Source: Octopus sinensis (Eukaryota). Taken from it: a stretch of 64,000 nucleotides of DNA. This document shows, piece after piece, positions 1-12,645 of this stretch. The notes under the pieces are model-generated. The model searched no databases. It was not told the DNA's origin and was given only the letters and a program-made list of their open reading frames with translations. Each line of letters begins with the position of its first letter. Position 1 is the first letter of the stretch. The position numbers and the translations under genes were made by a program. The stretch is taken from NCBI RefSeq assembly GCF_006345805.1, contig NC_042997.1, positions 213,094,001 to 213,158,000 of the forward strand, in the 5' to 3' direction.

Positions 1-1189
1 GGGTATGAAATCACAATCCATGAATGGAAACGATAAAGTTTTGTGGAATATTTTCAGGTATTGAGTTGCAAAACTGTCAAAGTAACACAGAACTTCAAAT
101 CAAAGAAGTTCAAAGGTGTGATGTTATTGCTTTTCCTAAAGAAATTAATAAAGATCCTAATGAAATTACATTTTCAATCAAGACTGTAAACATAAGGGGC
201 TTAAATTCACTGACAATACATCTAATCTCCTTCAAATATTAATTAAATGAGGAATAATAGCTAATTACAATAGATATCTGATTGAGGATTATCATTAATA
301 ATAATAAAAAGGTATAAAATAATGCCTTAATTTATTTCCAGTTATCTGTTTTAGGAATATAGTCTAATTTAAAAGTTAAGGAGTTTCAAAATGGTTTTGT
401 ATTATACATTTTGATAGTTTTGCATGTTTATATAATAAAGTTTCATAATTTGGGCTAAAAATAGCTGGTGTTTGCATGAGTGGCACATGATTCTTCTGAT
501 CCGTCAAGGTTAAATGAAAATTCTGATCAATCTTGGTAAGAAAATATATTTGTGATGACAGCAGCTGAAAATGTAAACAAGTCTTTATGAGAAGAAAGAA
601 TAAATGTGTGTAATGAGATATTTTGGTAGAATGCAGATGTGATTGGATTTTGTTTTAACATTTTATTGCTTTTTTTTGCTGTTTTTAGTAAGATATTGAT
701 AGCATTTATTATGAATTGTTGTAATTGGCTGAGAGCCAAAGTACATGAAGAGGGAAAAGGCTGAACAATCTAAGCAAACATTCTACTTATTAATGTAAGT
801 TCTGGGGTTTTGACTCTCTTAAACTTCATATAAAATTTTATGATACAACAAAGGTAGCAAGTTATCAGATTGAATCTTATGTGTGACTACATTTCATGCT
901 CAAATACTACCAACACCAACTTTGCTTTTCATTTCTATACACTCAATCACGATCATTCCCTCAAAGAAATAATCATATAGTTATGACATTTGGTTCACAG
1001 CACAGCACCCTGGACCAGAGTCTTTTATAATAGCTTTGAGTCAACCAAACCCTTTTTGGGTAACAGTTGGTAAATGGAAATTTTGTATAAGTCAGTCAGA
1101 TGTGTATATGCGTGTAAATATGTAATGGTATCAAAAGGTTCCTGGACTGGTTATGTTTAATAAATAATAACTTATTTACCTAAGTTTTT

Positions 1190-1590
1190 ATCACCCTCTC
1201 CTTTGAAATAGTTACCTTGCACAGCAATACACTCATTCCAGAGTTCCTGCCACATTTAGAATCCAGCCTGGAAGTTGTTTTCTATAAGCAAGTCAAAGAC
1301 TTGCTCTGATTCACTCTGGATCTCCACAATTGTATTAAAATGGCCATATTTGAGCCGCGTTTTCAACTTGTGGAAGAGATGGAAGTCCACAGGTGCTAAA
1401 TTCGGTGAATAGAGTGAGTGTGGAAGCAGTGCCATGTTGCTTTTGGTGAGAAATTCATGAATGAGGAGAGCTTGGTGAAGAATCCAATTCTCTGCACTCC
1501 ACAGATTCAATCACTTTCGTTGAATGACCTCCTGCAAATGCTTCACAGTAGAACTCTCACTTGATGCTCTGGTCCTGGGGGACGAATTTA
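1190..1590 (-). mobile_element. mariner transposase C-terminal fragment (decayed)
   Basis: ORF 1256-1510 contains LLPHSLYSPNLAPVDFHLF, the mariner HPPYSPDLAPxD motif. The reading continues past a stop into WQELWNECIAVQGNYFKG. Confidence 0.8.
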
Positions 1591-1799
1591 ATGTATAATG
1601 TAAATTGTATGTAACTTAAATTTAAAGTGTAATTTTAATGTGAAATACTCATTTCATAAATATCATAAATTTTATGTGTAACACAAGTTTAATAACACAA
1701 ATTTCAGATAAAATAGAAATCTAATATTTAGAACAAATTTCACTTGTAACAATTATATTTTGTAACAAATTTAATGAGTAGCACAAATTTCAAAGATGG

Positions 1800-2012
1800 C
1801 AGATTTGTGAAATAGTGCTTGTGCCATGTAAAAAAACACCCAGTACACTCTGTAAAGTGGTTGGCATCAGAAAGGCCATCCAGTCGTAAAAACCATGCCA
1901 AAACAGACCAATAGGGTCTGGTGCAGTCCTCTAGGCTTGCCAGCTCCCAAGAAACCATCCAACACATGCCAGCTTGGAAGACAGACGTTAAATAACAATA
2001 ATGATGATGATG
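1800..2012 (+). mobile_element. diverged copy of RTE-LINE 3' tail repeat
   Basis: Contains gtggttggcatcagaaaggccatccagtcgtaaaaac and ends gacgttaaat...gatgatgatg, similar to the family tail. Confidence 0.6.
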
Positions 2013-2564
2013 TAGTTTAAACTGCAACATCCTTTTAATATGCAAATAAATTTAATATAAACTTTGGGACATAACTTAAAATATAAAGTGTAATGAAAAT
2101 TTTATGTGTCCAACCAATGAACTACATTAGTCTTTGGGGCAAATGTAACAGAAAGTAACTGGGTTACATACAATTGTTTTGTCCCTACTGTTACCTGAGG
2201 GCAGAATATAAATGACTGAATATTGTTTAGTGTAACCTCAGGAGGAAAACGGTTACAGCAATAAGAGCTGATAATGTCTATAAACGAGGCTTACTTGTTA
2301 TAACATAGAGAGAGAGAGAGAGAGAGAGACAAAGAAAGGAGAGAAGATGGCAAGGATAAATTGAAACGAAGAAATGAGGAATGGATCTTAAATCGTAAGG
2401 TCTGGCAAATGAGATGATGCGAGATAAATTATATGGTGCGGGGTGGGATAACAGAATGGGGGCTGCAGTCATTATTCTCAGTTCATGGTGAAAGGTAAAA
2501 CAGATGTTATGATTAATGACAACGGCTGGGGAGGGGTGCGCTGGTGGTGGTGCTTGTGTCAGCA

Positions 2565-2606
<42 letters not shown>

Positions 2607-2642
2607 CCAGTATCAGCTGCTGCTGCTGCTGCTGCTGCTGCA
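2565..2642. repeat. compound (GAT)n/(GCT)n microsatellite
   Basis: Direct reading. Confidence 0.95.
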
Positions 2643-3081
2643 GTATGTCACAGGCTGCCGCCCCATAATGTTTCTGTCGATACATGAGCAATTACTAGCA
2701 AAGCAAACTGCATTTACGCTAGCAATGAATGATAAAGTGGCTCATTATCATTCACCTCATCATATTATGGTGGGACAGGAAGCTTTGAAGCAGCTGTCCC
2801 CTTAACTCAATAGGAAATCAATGAAAGAACACAATCAACAATATGTTCAATAAGAATTTATCTTGAATGCCTGTTGACCTTTGAACCACTTTATCTGTTG
2901 GTGGCCTGAATATTTAGCTTGTTCCACTCAAATCTTTTATTTCTGACTAAAATAAAAGAAAAAAGTCGAATTCAATACAGGAAACTTGTCAGATATCTCA
3001 CATTCCATTCTTTTGCAATGGAACCATGTTTCCCAAATACTGGAGTCACAGACACAGTTGCTTGTTTTTGATATCTGGAAT

Positions 3082-3082
3082 A

Positions 3083-3141
<59 letters not shown>

Positions 3142-3175
3142 ACTACTACTACTACTACTACTGCTACTACTACTA
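3082..3175. repeat. (TAC)n microsatellite
   Basis: Direct reading. Confidence 0.97.
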
Positions 3176-3431
3176 CAAAAGTATAAATATGACTGCAAAC
3201 ATCAATTGCACCTGTTGCTCCTCATTACAGGTACGTGTGACATGGTCTTTTCAGGTGTGCACAGATGTCTGTATGTTATAATTAATATAGAGTGTTGTTT
3301 CTTGTGGTGCATTCATAGTATACATGCTGTATAGATTGCATTACAGAATTAAGCGTACAGTATGTGTTGCTGTGTGGGGTGTGTTTAGTATGAGGAGTAA
3401 TGATTGCATAGGATGTGTGGTGAATGGGTTG

Positions 3432-3479
<48 letters not shown>

Positions 3480-4558
3480 TGTTACGGAATCACCCGTCGT
3501 CGCCCGTCCCGAATGGCACACACAAGTTCCGCCACGGAACCCAAAGAGGCGGAGAGAGGAGATACAGATAGATACTGCCACAACCTCAACAGCACAGAGA
3601 TACGGAGGCACAACCCGAGATACAACCCAAAGAGGCAAGGCAACAACTGGCAACACTGGCTTATATTCAAACAACAGTTTATACGACAATCAATTGCTAC
3701 ACATCAAATACATTTAAGGCAGACATTTAAAGGAAGACATGCACGTGACTACTCAATGCATCATACAACAGATCAAACATTTAACAACAGCATTTCAAGA
3801 TTACAATTCAAAGCATAATACAACATCATGTAACAATTCAAGAGTACACATCCCAAGACAACAGTTCTCTTAAAGTCTCTTTCTGAACATCAATACCACA
3901 ACTCGATAATCGACACATCGACAGAGTCTCTGACTGTTCTCTTCACTGTTCAATACACCGTGACACATATCAATGCACAAACACATACCTCAATTCCCAA
4001 TTGAATCTGCCAGTGTCCCATTCCTCCCAATACTGCTAAATCCTCTGAATACTCTGCTAATTCCCCTCTGTGCATATTCCAATCGCTCGCTCCTAGGCCT
4101 CCTCGCATCCCAGCTCGCTCCCAGGAATTCCAACGCTTGCTCCTTAAATCCAAGGTTCCATCCACTCGCTCTGACCTCCAGAGTCCGTCCGTCTTCTTCG
4201 AGGACCGGCCAGCAACCCCAAGATCCGTCTGTGCTCCTCGACGACCGCTCAACGACTGCCAAGACCTCTCTATCTGCTCTCTGATCCCTTAGCCTCTCTA
4301 TCTGTCCCTTTTCTCTTACTGTCAATACCCTCTCCATCTGTTCTTAGATTCCCTTAATCTGTCTTCCTCTTTCACTTCTTCAAGGGGTGCTCAGAATGAC
4401 CTCCAATCGACCGCACAAGGTCAGAAAGGTCTCATTAATCTCCCACTAGACAAAGGACCCGTCACTTTTCACCAGACATACTGGAACCATTATTCCTATG
4501 TGGGTCACCAGAAACACTACACTAATTAAACCCGAAATGCACTTAGCCAACCGTAACA
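3480..4558. mobile_element. solo LTR (probably Ty3/gypsy or BEL type) inserted in (TA)n
   Basis: 1079 bp starting TGTTACGG and ending CCGTAACA (TG..CA, 8-bp inverted termini). GC-richer than its flanks, (TA)n on both sides, near-TSD ATAT/CTAT, no PBS or internal region. Confidence 0.72.
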
Positions 4559-4618
4559 CTATATATATATATAACAATGTTGAGTTGTGGGGTATCGCAC
4601 GAGTGGAATTATATACGA

Positions 4619-4689
4619 AAGGTTTGAAAATGCAATTTAAAAGATGTTTATTTACTTTAAACATCTTTTAAATTGCATTTTCAAACCTT
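4619..4689. repeat. perfect 32-bp inverted repeat with 7-nt spacer
   Basis: aaggtttgaaaatgcaatttaaaagatgttta (4619-4650) is the exact reverse complement of 4658-4689. Confidence 0.95.
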
Positions 4690-4690
4690 C

Positions 4691-4743
<53 letters not shown>

Positions 4744-4869
4744 ACAATTTAATGATTGGTGATGCGGTGCATTATTGACGAACTCTCAAAGACAATGAAT
4801 GAGCATTCAGCTTTTGCCAAACACCTGCACAAATGATTTGTTTGTAGTGATTAAATGTTTGTGCTTAAC

Positions 4870-5064
4870 ATTAGCTCACTCTCTCCATCGAATCGATGTT
4901 CTCTGAACAGGTGCACGGTATACCACGCGTCAAGTGTCAAGGTGATCACAAAGCAACATGAAACGAAGTGTTTTGCTCAAGAACACAGCACACCACCTGG
5001 TCTAGGAATTGAAACTGTGATCTCACAATTACAAGTGTGACACCCTAACCACTAGGCTATGCAC
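4870..5064 (-). mobile_element. tRNA-derived SINE
   Basis: Minus strand ggtgcatagcctagtggttagg (A box) ... agtttcaattcc (B box-like), followed by the gtgttcttgagcaaaacac core. Confidence 0.7.
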
Positions 5065-5544
5065 CCTTATTAATATTACTAATATCTTTATTATTCATGT
5101 TTTGTTAAATATATCAAAAACTTCCCTTTCAAAGAAGGAAATATGTAAATCTTGGAAAGCATTCATAAAATGATTAGCATTAGCAAGAATATAATGTATT
5201 AAAAAAGCATTAACTTTATCACAAAATCCTTAATCGAAATCCTTTACATAATATAACAAGTGTGAATGTTATGCTTTACACAACCTTAACTATAGAGTGA
5301 AACAGAAGGCATACTTAACACAATGAAACAATGTTTTGAAGATTTATAAATTTAAGCATCTTTTAAATTATAAAATGTGATATTTGCACAAATCGCACAA
5401 GTTGTTGCTGCTATCAATCTCAACAGAGATATAGTAGCCATTAGCAAGACCAGATTTTCTAAAATGCACGCACTTGTACTCATTTTCAACTATTACAAGA
5501 CATATCTGCCTTCTGGTCTGTCAGGATTGGGTGGGGGAGTAGCA

Positions 5545-5762
5545 ATGCTGGGTATTGTAGTTGTGATACCTGTGCCGGTGGCACATAAAAAGCACCCACT
5601 ACACTCACGGAGTGGTTGGCATTAGGAAGGGCATTCAGCTGTAGAAACACTGCCAGATCAGACTGGAGCCTGGTGCAGCCTCCTGGCTTCCCAGACCCCG
5701 GTCGAACCGTCCAACCCAGGCTAGCACAGAAAACGGACGTTAAACGATGATGATGATGATGA
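5545..5762 (+). mobile_element. RTE-LINE 3' tail copy (5'-truncated)
   Basis: gtgccggtggcacataaaaagcacccactacactc...ggaagggcattcagctgtagaaac...gttaaacgatgatg; same tail as the RT-bearing copies at 19293 and 34794. Confidence 0.85.
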
Positions 5763-7299
5763 TGAATTCAGTTTAATTAAAGGTATAAACAGTCTAATTG
5801 AATCCAAAACATCAAGTTGATGATAGTGAATATGAAGAACAGCCAGTTCCCTTAGACTAGGGGTCTCTGCTTCTACAAGGATTTCTTTAGTCGATGAGCA
5901 ACTTTCCTGAGGATATCCCACTCCTTAGTATGAGGTGTGAGGAAGGAAAATTATATTTTAGATGCATGATGGAATTTTCGGGGGGGGGGGGGGTTAACCC
6001 AGAAGTAGATGCAAAAGCCTTGAAACCTGCTCAGACACTTCAAACTAACTGAATTCCTAACTGTACCATTGTGCACATGGAACAACCACACTGAGTCATC
6101 CAGATCATACTAAGGTAAGATATTCAATAGGTTAACAGAGTGTTGGGTAACCCCAATTTAAACTGGTTGGCTCTACAGAGCACAAATTTGTGATCTGTGT
6201 AGTCGAACTTAGAACTAGAGACCCAGTTAGAAGAAATTGAACATACCTTTACTAGTGTGCAAAGACTATAAAGATCAGTTAAGCAAGCTACTCAAGTGGA
6301 AAGAGACTGCAACTATTATCAGTGGTGGGTCACCTGTAATTTGATATGAGTCAATAGGGTTTAGTAAAGAGCAGGTGAGAGAAAGGATTAGAGTAAAGGG
6401 AGAGCTAATTATCATGGTAGAAGAGGCTTGCTTTGACACTCTGTGCAAGACATGAGATATAACAGAAGGCTGATGCCAACAATTAAATACAAGAAATGGT
6501 GCATAGGTACATGAGGCACAGATTACCTGGTTTGGATGGTTTGCCCTGCAAGCTTTCTGACAGGCTCGTTTAACAACTTCTTAGCAGGTATCTACCCTGT
6601 CTGGCAGTAGAACAGCTAAGCAATTGTGTGATTATGTAGATGCTCTCTCACTGAGGGTGGTCATTGATGAGACAGAGAAATTTAAGCAGACATCATTACT
6701 TTTGCAGTTGGTGCTCTGTATTGCAGCCAAATATGCTGTCTTACACGAAGGACTTTATCGATGTGGCTGCTGCTGTTACTGTGAAAGTGTGGCAGGGGCC
6801 TTTGTTCTGTTTGTCTGGACTGAATGGATGAGATGATACTGTTGAGGTTTTAGTGTAGCACTGTCCTGGTGTTCTGGGAAATTGTAGACATGTCTAGACT
6901 AAGTAGGACGAAAAGTGTTGCAGCCGGGCCCTGGGGATGTTGTAGATGTGTCTCTGTGTTTGGGAAGAGGGCATAATTAGTGGGGAAAGTTGTTAAGGCT
7001 GGGGCTAACTACAGCCAACAAATTTTCCTAAGTCCTACTGGTCTTTCAATTTTTAACTTTTCTCTTTCGTTGTGGAAGTGGTGCATGTATGTATGTTCAG
7101 CCTGACATGTTACATAGTACACCATTTCATGTTGCTTCTCATGGAAAGTTTGATGATCCAGGTAGATCCGGTAGAGTCCATGATGGATCTAATGTCTTGT
7201 TTGTAAAGTTTAGTGTTGTTCTCACTGATTATTTCTGTCAATCAAATCTGATACCTTTAAGTATGTTTGCTCATCATTTTGTTATTTTTGTTTTCTATG

Positions 7300-7637
7300 T
7301 ATGATGTTGACCGTTGCCAGCGCCACCCAGACTGGCCTCGTGCCGGTGGCACGTAAAAAGCACCATCCATTCATGTCCGTTGCCAGCCTCGCCTGACCCC
7401 TGTGCCGGTGGCACATAAAAAGCACCTTCCGTTCGTGGCCGTTTGCCAGCTCTGTCTGGCACCTGTGCGGGTGGCACGTAAAAAGCACCCACTACACTCA
7501 CGGAGTGGTTGGCGTTAGGAAGGGCATCCAGCCGTAGAAACACTGCCAGATCTGACTAGGCCTGATGAAGCCTTCCGGCTTCACAGACCCCAGTTGAACC
7601 GTCCAACCCATGCTAGCATGGAAAACGGACGCTAAAC

Positions 7638-7665
<28 letters not shown>
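7300..7665 (+). mobile_element. RTE-LINE 3' tail copy with three 60-bp units
   Basis: Family tail plus (GAT)n. Confidence 0.85.
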
Positions 7666-7668
<3 letters not shown>

Positions 7669-7699
7669 TGTCATTTATAACTTATTCTTATCTTCTGTC

Positions 7700-8290
7700 C
7701 ATATGAAATATTTATGTTATAGAATATGGAAGCTGCAACAGCCAAACCTTCTACACAGATCCCTTGTGAACTTTGCAACAGACCGATCCATGCAAGAATC
7801 AGTCTCATTAGTCACCAGAGGCATAAACATGGACAGAGGGAAAGATGTGGTCAAGAAGAAACTAAATAAATTTTCAGACACATGATAAAATGCCGATGAT
7901 AACATTATAGAATATGATGGTCAATTGTCATTTCTTGGTGTTGCTAGTAAAATGCCAGAGGATTTAAGACAAAAGCTGTTTTAAATCTTTAGTTTGGATC
8001 CAGATTTATAAATGGTTGATCTTTGGTAAAAGTTGTTGAGCTGCAGTGTCTGGAAATGATGAGAAGGTGTGATTGCAGTATTATCTCTGTGTGGCACTAC
8101 ATATGTTTACTGAAAGTGTGGGAAGGACGTATAGAAACAAAAATGGAACCTCATTAAGGGTGTTCAAAATTCGGAATCTATTGCTATTGGGTAGGTGATG
8201 TGGGATGAGTAATTTGTTAGACGGAATTTGTTGTGTGGTTTCTTAAAGAAGTTTCAAGTGGATAACAAGGAATGGAATTAAAAAACTTTG
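7700..8290 (-). pseudogene. heavily decayed Penelope-like element remnant (RT C-terminus/GIY-YIG region)
   Basis: Minus-strand reading ETDSCMDRSVAKFTRDL resembles the PLE (YIG)ETxRxLxxRxxEH motif, and upstream LITHPTSP resembles LTYHP. Many stops and frameshifts. Confidence 0.3.
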
Positions 8291-8294
8291 CTCA

Positions 8295-8710
8295 TCATCA
8301 TCATCATCATTTAACGTCCATTTTCCATGCTGGCATGGGTTGGAAGGTTTGACTGGGGATCTGGGAAGCCAGGAGGCTGCACCAGACTCCAATCTGATCT
8401 TGTAATGTTTCTACAGCTGGATGCCCTTCCTAATGCCAACCACTCTGGGAGTGTAGTGGGTGCTTTTACCTGCCACCAGCACGGGAGCCAGAGGGGGTTG
8501 GCATCGACCACATTTGGAAGGTGCTTTTACATGCCACTGGCACGGGAGCCAGTCAATGCGACACTGGCATTAGCCACTTTTGGATGGTGCTTTTTATGTG
8601 CCACCATCACAGAAGCCAGTCGGAGAGAGGGGGCTGACATCGACCATGATTGGATGGTGCTTTTTACGTGCCACCAGCACAGGGAGCCAGACAGATGGTG
8701 CTGGTATGAG
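8295..8710 (-). mobile_element. RTE-LINE 3' tail copy
   Basis: (CAT)n then ttaacgtccattttccatgctggcatgggttgg... and diverged 60-bp units. Confidence 0.85.
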
Positions 8711-8745
8711 TCTCAACTACAATTTTCATTTGTTGATGGCAATTA

Positions 8746-10037
8746 TTAGGTCATCTCATAAGTTCTGTCCGAATTTTGAATAAACAAAACACCTGATCAA
8801 ATTATTATATTCAATTAAAATTTAATCATCAATGTACTTTCCCTGATTATCTATGACTTCCTTCCATCTATTTACAAGCTTTTTAATCCCATCAATGTAA
8901 ACTCTTTTGGTTTCAAAGTGAAGAACTCTGAAATGTCAGTTTCGACCTCCTCCTGGCTTGCAAAAGTTATGCCCTTCAAATGATTCTGTAAACTACGAAA
9001 CAAATGGTAGTCTGAAGGAGCAAGGGCGGGAGAATAAGGTGGATGAGGAATTTTTTCCCAACCAAGTTCTTCGATCTTCTATGATGTAATCTTTGCAGTG
9101 TGGGGTCGCACATTGTCCTGATGAAACATCACTCCTTTTAGATTCACTGAAGCAGGTCTTTTTCTCTTCAAAGCTTGCTTCAAATGCTCTAATTGCTGAC
9201 AGTAGACTTGAGCATTGATTGTTGCATTACTGGTAACAATTCTAAGTGAATTACTCCTTTGCAATCCCACCAGATAGAGAGAAGAACCTTTTTTTCCCAT
9301 GAAGTTCCCTTCTCAGTTGTGGTTGAGCTTTTTCCCTTTTACCAAGCCACTGTTTACGACATTTAACATTTTGATAGAAGATCCATTTTTTGTCACCAGT
9401 CACAAGTCTATCTAAAAAGGGTGAAATGAGTTCACGAGAATGGAGAGAAGAGCAGATGTCAACTTGGGATTTGCAGATGCTTTCAGACAATTCATGAAGC
9501 ACTCGTTTTCCAAGTTTAGGGACCTTTCCTAGTTGTTGAAGATGATGATGAACAGTTGTATGGTTTGAACTAAGCTTTATTGCCAATTCTTCAACTGATA
9601 ATGCAGGATTTTCTTCAAGTAATTCGTCAAGGAGCTTATCATCAAACTCAACTGGATGTCCTGTTCGATCTTCATCTTCAAGGCTGAAGTCTCCACTTCT
9701 GAATTTTGCAAACCATCTTCTACAAGTTCTTTCATTCAAGCATTCTTTCCCATAAACTGAGTCTATGTTTCGAGTCGCTTCGGCTGCAGAGTTTCCCTTT
9801 TTTTGTACTCATAAAGCATTATGTGCCTCAAATGCTCTTTGCATACTTCCATATTAGAAAGGGTTTTAATCAAAGAAATTTTAATTCTATTATTCTGTAA
9901 AATAATATTTAATTAGTTTAAATGTGCACAAATGCATAAAAATAATTTTTAATTCCATTAGACATTCTAAAATACCATTAAAATTCATTCAATTTTTAAA
10001 AAAGGTAAAATCGGACAGAACTTATGGGATGACCTGA
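8746..10037 (-). mobile_element. full-length (1292 bp) defective mariner element
   Basis: 27-bp TIRs ttaggtcatctcataagttctgtccga / tcggacagaacttatgggatgacctga (2 mismatches) with TA on both sides. ORFs 9251-9739 and 9079-9300 give transposase motifs (RRWFAKFRSGDFSLED, LVTGDKKW, FHQDNVRPH). Confidence 0.92.
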
Positions 10038-11354
10038 TAAAATGGTGTTTATGTTTTTTGTTTTACTTTTAACAATCCTGAATTTTCTATGCAAGGTTTC
10101 TGGGCAGTGCAATGGTTTTTGTTAGGGAATGTGTGGGTTAAGCAAATCAAGGTAGGGCATTCTTAAAATGTGCAGGGCAGTGATAGGTCTTTGAAGCATC
10201 TTTATTTAATCTTTTACTGATTTTAAAGTTGTAATGAAGTTGATCAGTTTCCACATTCTGAGAATTTTGCAGCGTTGGTAGAAGTCGTTACAGATGTTGA
10301 TTAGTGCCATGATGCAGCTAAATGCTTTGGGTATATTCTTATGATTTTGTTTGACTCAGAAGCTTTTGGTCTTTGAAATTTCCTTATTGCCATATTTTTT
10401 ATATGTAAGAGGCAAGTTTTTCATGTTTCAAAAAAAGATGGGTGAATGTAACAAGGATGGCACATATGAATGACAAAGTCACCTTGAGCATAATCCTATG
10501 AACCCGGAAAAATTTAAAACAGAGGGTTACCTTCTTGCAAACAAATGTAGTAACATGTAACATTATTGACCGAGGTTACCGTGGTCTTTTCCGTAGGCTT
10601 TTCTTTCCACAGATAAACCTTATCTGCTTCCTCCTTTACACTTCACATCATGACATTTCTGTGATACACGATCCCTGTTAATCGTTTTTTTTATTTTTAT
10701 TTTTTTTTATTTTCTCTTTTTTTTTTTCTCTCCCTTTTACGATCCCTTTTGGTCGAAAACCTACCCCACTTTTTTTTCCTCCCCAAAAAGAAAAGCTCTA
10801 CTTTGTAATCTGTCCCGTCTGTAAGCAGCCCTGTGTGGCTAATAAAGAAACATATATGTAATGAAAGGTGAAAGGGGGGTGATGCTATGGTCTAGGTGGA
10901 GGGTTTTACACTCCTGTATTCTCTGTGTGGCTTTCAGTGGATAAGTTTTGAAAGAAAGATTTTATAATGACAACTTTCTGCTGCTGAAAGTGATGTTGTC
11001 AATGTTGATAATTACTGTCTAATTACTCTCTAATTGTTTTCATGTATTTATTTCTGTGTTAGGCTTTATTGGGTTTTAGTTGTGTCCGGTTTTAATTAGG
11101 TTAGATATTTAAATTATGTAATTAGGTCTGTATCTTATATGTTGTCTGGAGGATATGGTGTTGAGAAATGGCTTTAATAATTATGCAATGTCCATGGTGT
11201 CGTTGAATTCTGAAATCATAAATTTTCTTTCTTAGAAAAAATGGTTCTACTGAATCTTTCGAAATTTGCAAAAGTGTTTTAAATCTGTTCTTTGAGGATG
11301 GTTGAAGGAAAGTTTGATGATTGTTTAATTGTAATTATGCTGACTAGGAGTGTT

Positions 11355-11772
11355 GATTAGGTGTTGTTCTACTCTATGGCTCAGAAACCTGGACGTTATC
11401 AAAGAAGCTTCAGAGGCTGTTGGATGGAACTTACACTCACCTCCTTATGAGAGCTCAAAATCTCTCATGGAAACAGCATCCAAACAAAGTACAAATATAC
11501 GGAAAATTACCACCTGTATCATCTCTTGTGAAAGGTAGAAGAGTCCAGTTTGTTGGACATTGTTGTAGAGCTGAAAACGAGGTAATTTCTATTCTCCTCT
11601 GGAAGCCATCTGCTCACAATACCAGAGGGCGCACACTCTCCTACTCTGATGTAATCTCCAGGGATACAGGCATCCAGCAACAGGACCTCCGTATGCTATG
11701 ATGGACTGTGAAGTCTGGCGTAACATAGTAAATTCCATTGTCTCGACCACGGTCGAACAATGATGATGATGT
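11355..11772 (+). mobile_element. RTE-clade LINE 3' end (second family)
   Basis: ORF 11420-11701 (RRVQFVGHCCRA...RGRTLSYSDVISRDTG) resembles an RTE C-terminus, preceded by an LYGSETWT-like motif and ending in a (TGA)n tail. Confidence 0.75.
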
Positions 11773-12307
11773 TGTTTGGGAGTTGTTTTGGATGTAAAGG
11801 GAGTTCAGTTGTGATGCTTTTGAGCCATCTTTTGTTACCTGGTTTGTTTCATCTGCCAGAATGTTTTGTGTTGTTTAAAGTCTTTACATTTTGATGTTTT
11901 GGAATGTGTTAAACTTCTTTAGTTGTGATGGAACCATTTGTGAAGTTGCTGGTGGCATACATGTGTCTATTGTATTAATGTGCTTCATATTAATAGCTTT
12001 CCATTTTGAATTCTTGGATCTGCTCTTGACCTATATGACCAAAAGTCACTTTAAGTATTTCTGTTTTGGATACTTGATAGCAATATGTTATCAAACATCC
12101 TCCACAAAAGTTTGGTCTGTCCAAACATGTTGGATTGTATTTTGGATTTGTGGCATTCTGTGTTTGTCTTGTAGGTTCTATCTCAATTAAATAACGATGT
12201 GAACTTCATATGTGATGATGGAATGGTTTAATTTCATAAAGTTGCTTCCAGGTTGTTAATGTTGTATTGCAGAATGTTTAGGTTTTTCTGTTTTATTTAT
12301 TTATAGT

Positions 12308-12645
12308 GAAGGCGCATGGCTCAGTGGTTAGAGCGTCGAGCTTACGATCGTGAGGTTGTGAGCTCGAATCCCGGACCGGGCTGCGTGTTGTGTTCTTGAG
12401 CAAGGCACTTTATTTTCACGTTGCTCCAGTTCACTCAGCTGTAGAAATGAGTTGCGACGTCACTGGTGCCAAGCTGTATCGACCTTTGCCTTTCCCTTGG
12501 ATAACACTGGTGGCGTGGAGAGGGGAGGCTGGTATGCATGGGCGACTGCTGGTCTTCCATAAACAACCTTGCCCAGACTTGTGTCTAGGAGGGTAACTTT
12601 CTAGGTGCAATCCCATGGTCTGTGTCATGACCGAAGGGGGTCTCC
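12308..12645 (+). mobile_element. tRNA-derived SINE, full length
   Basis: A box tggctcagtgg, B box-like gagctcgaatcc, core gtgttgtgttcttgagcaaggcacttt. A second copy lies at 44690-45000 (-). Confidence 0.85.

Noticed and set aside
24-242. ORF with TVNIRGLNS resembling an APE endonuclease start
   Set aside because: Stops immediately after the motif and has no downstream endonuclease motifs; too weak to call.
7555-7590. CTGATGA-AGCC..GGCT looks like a hammerhead (also 22980)
   Set aside because: No GAAA follows, and it is a point variant of the LINE tail (ctggtgcagcc).
12308-12380. tRNA gene (also 44930-45000 and 62934-63003)
   Set aside because: A/B boxes continue into a SINE body and no full cloverleaf with acceptor stem is evident; these are SINE heads.
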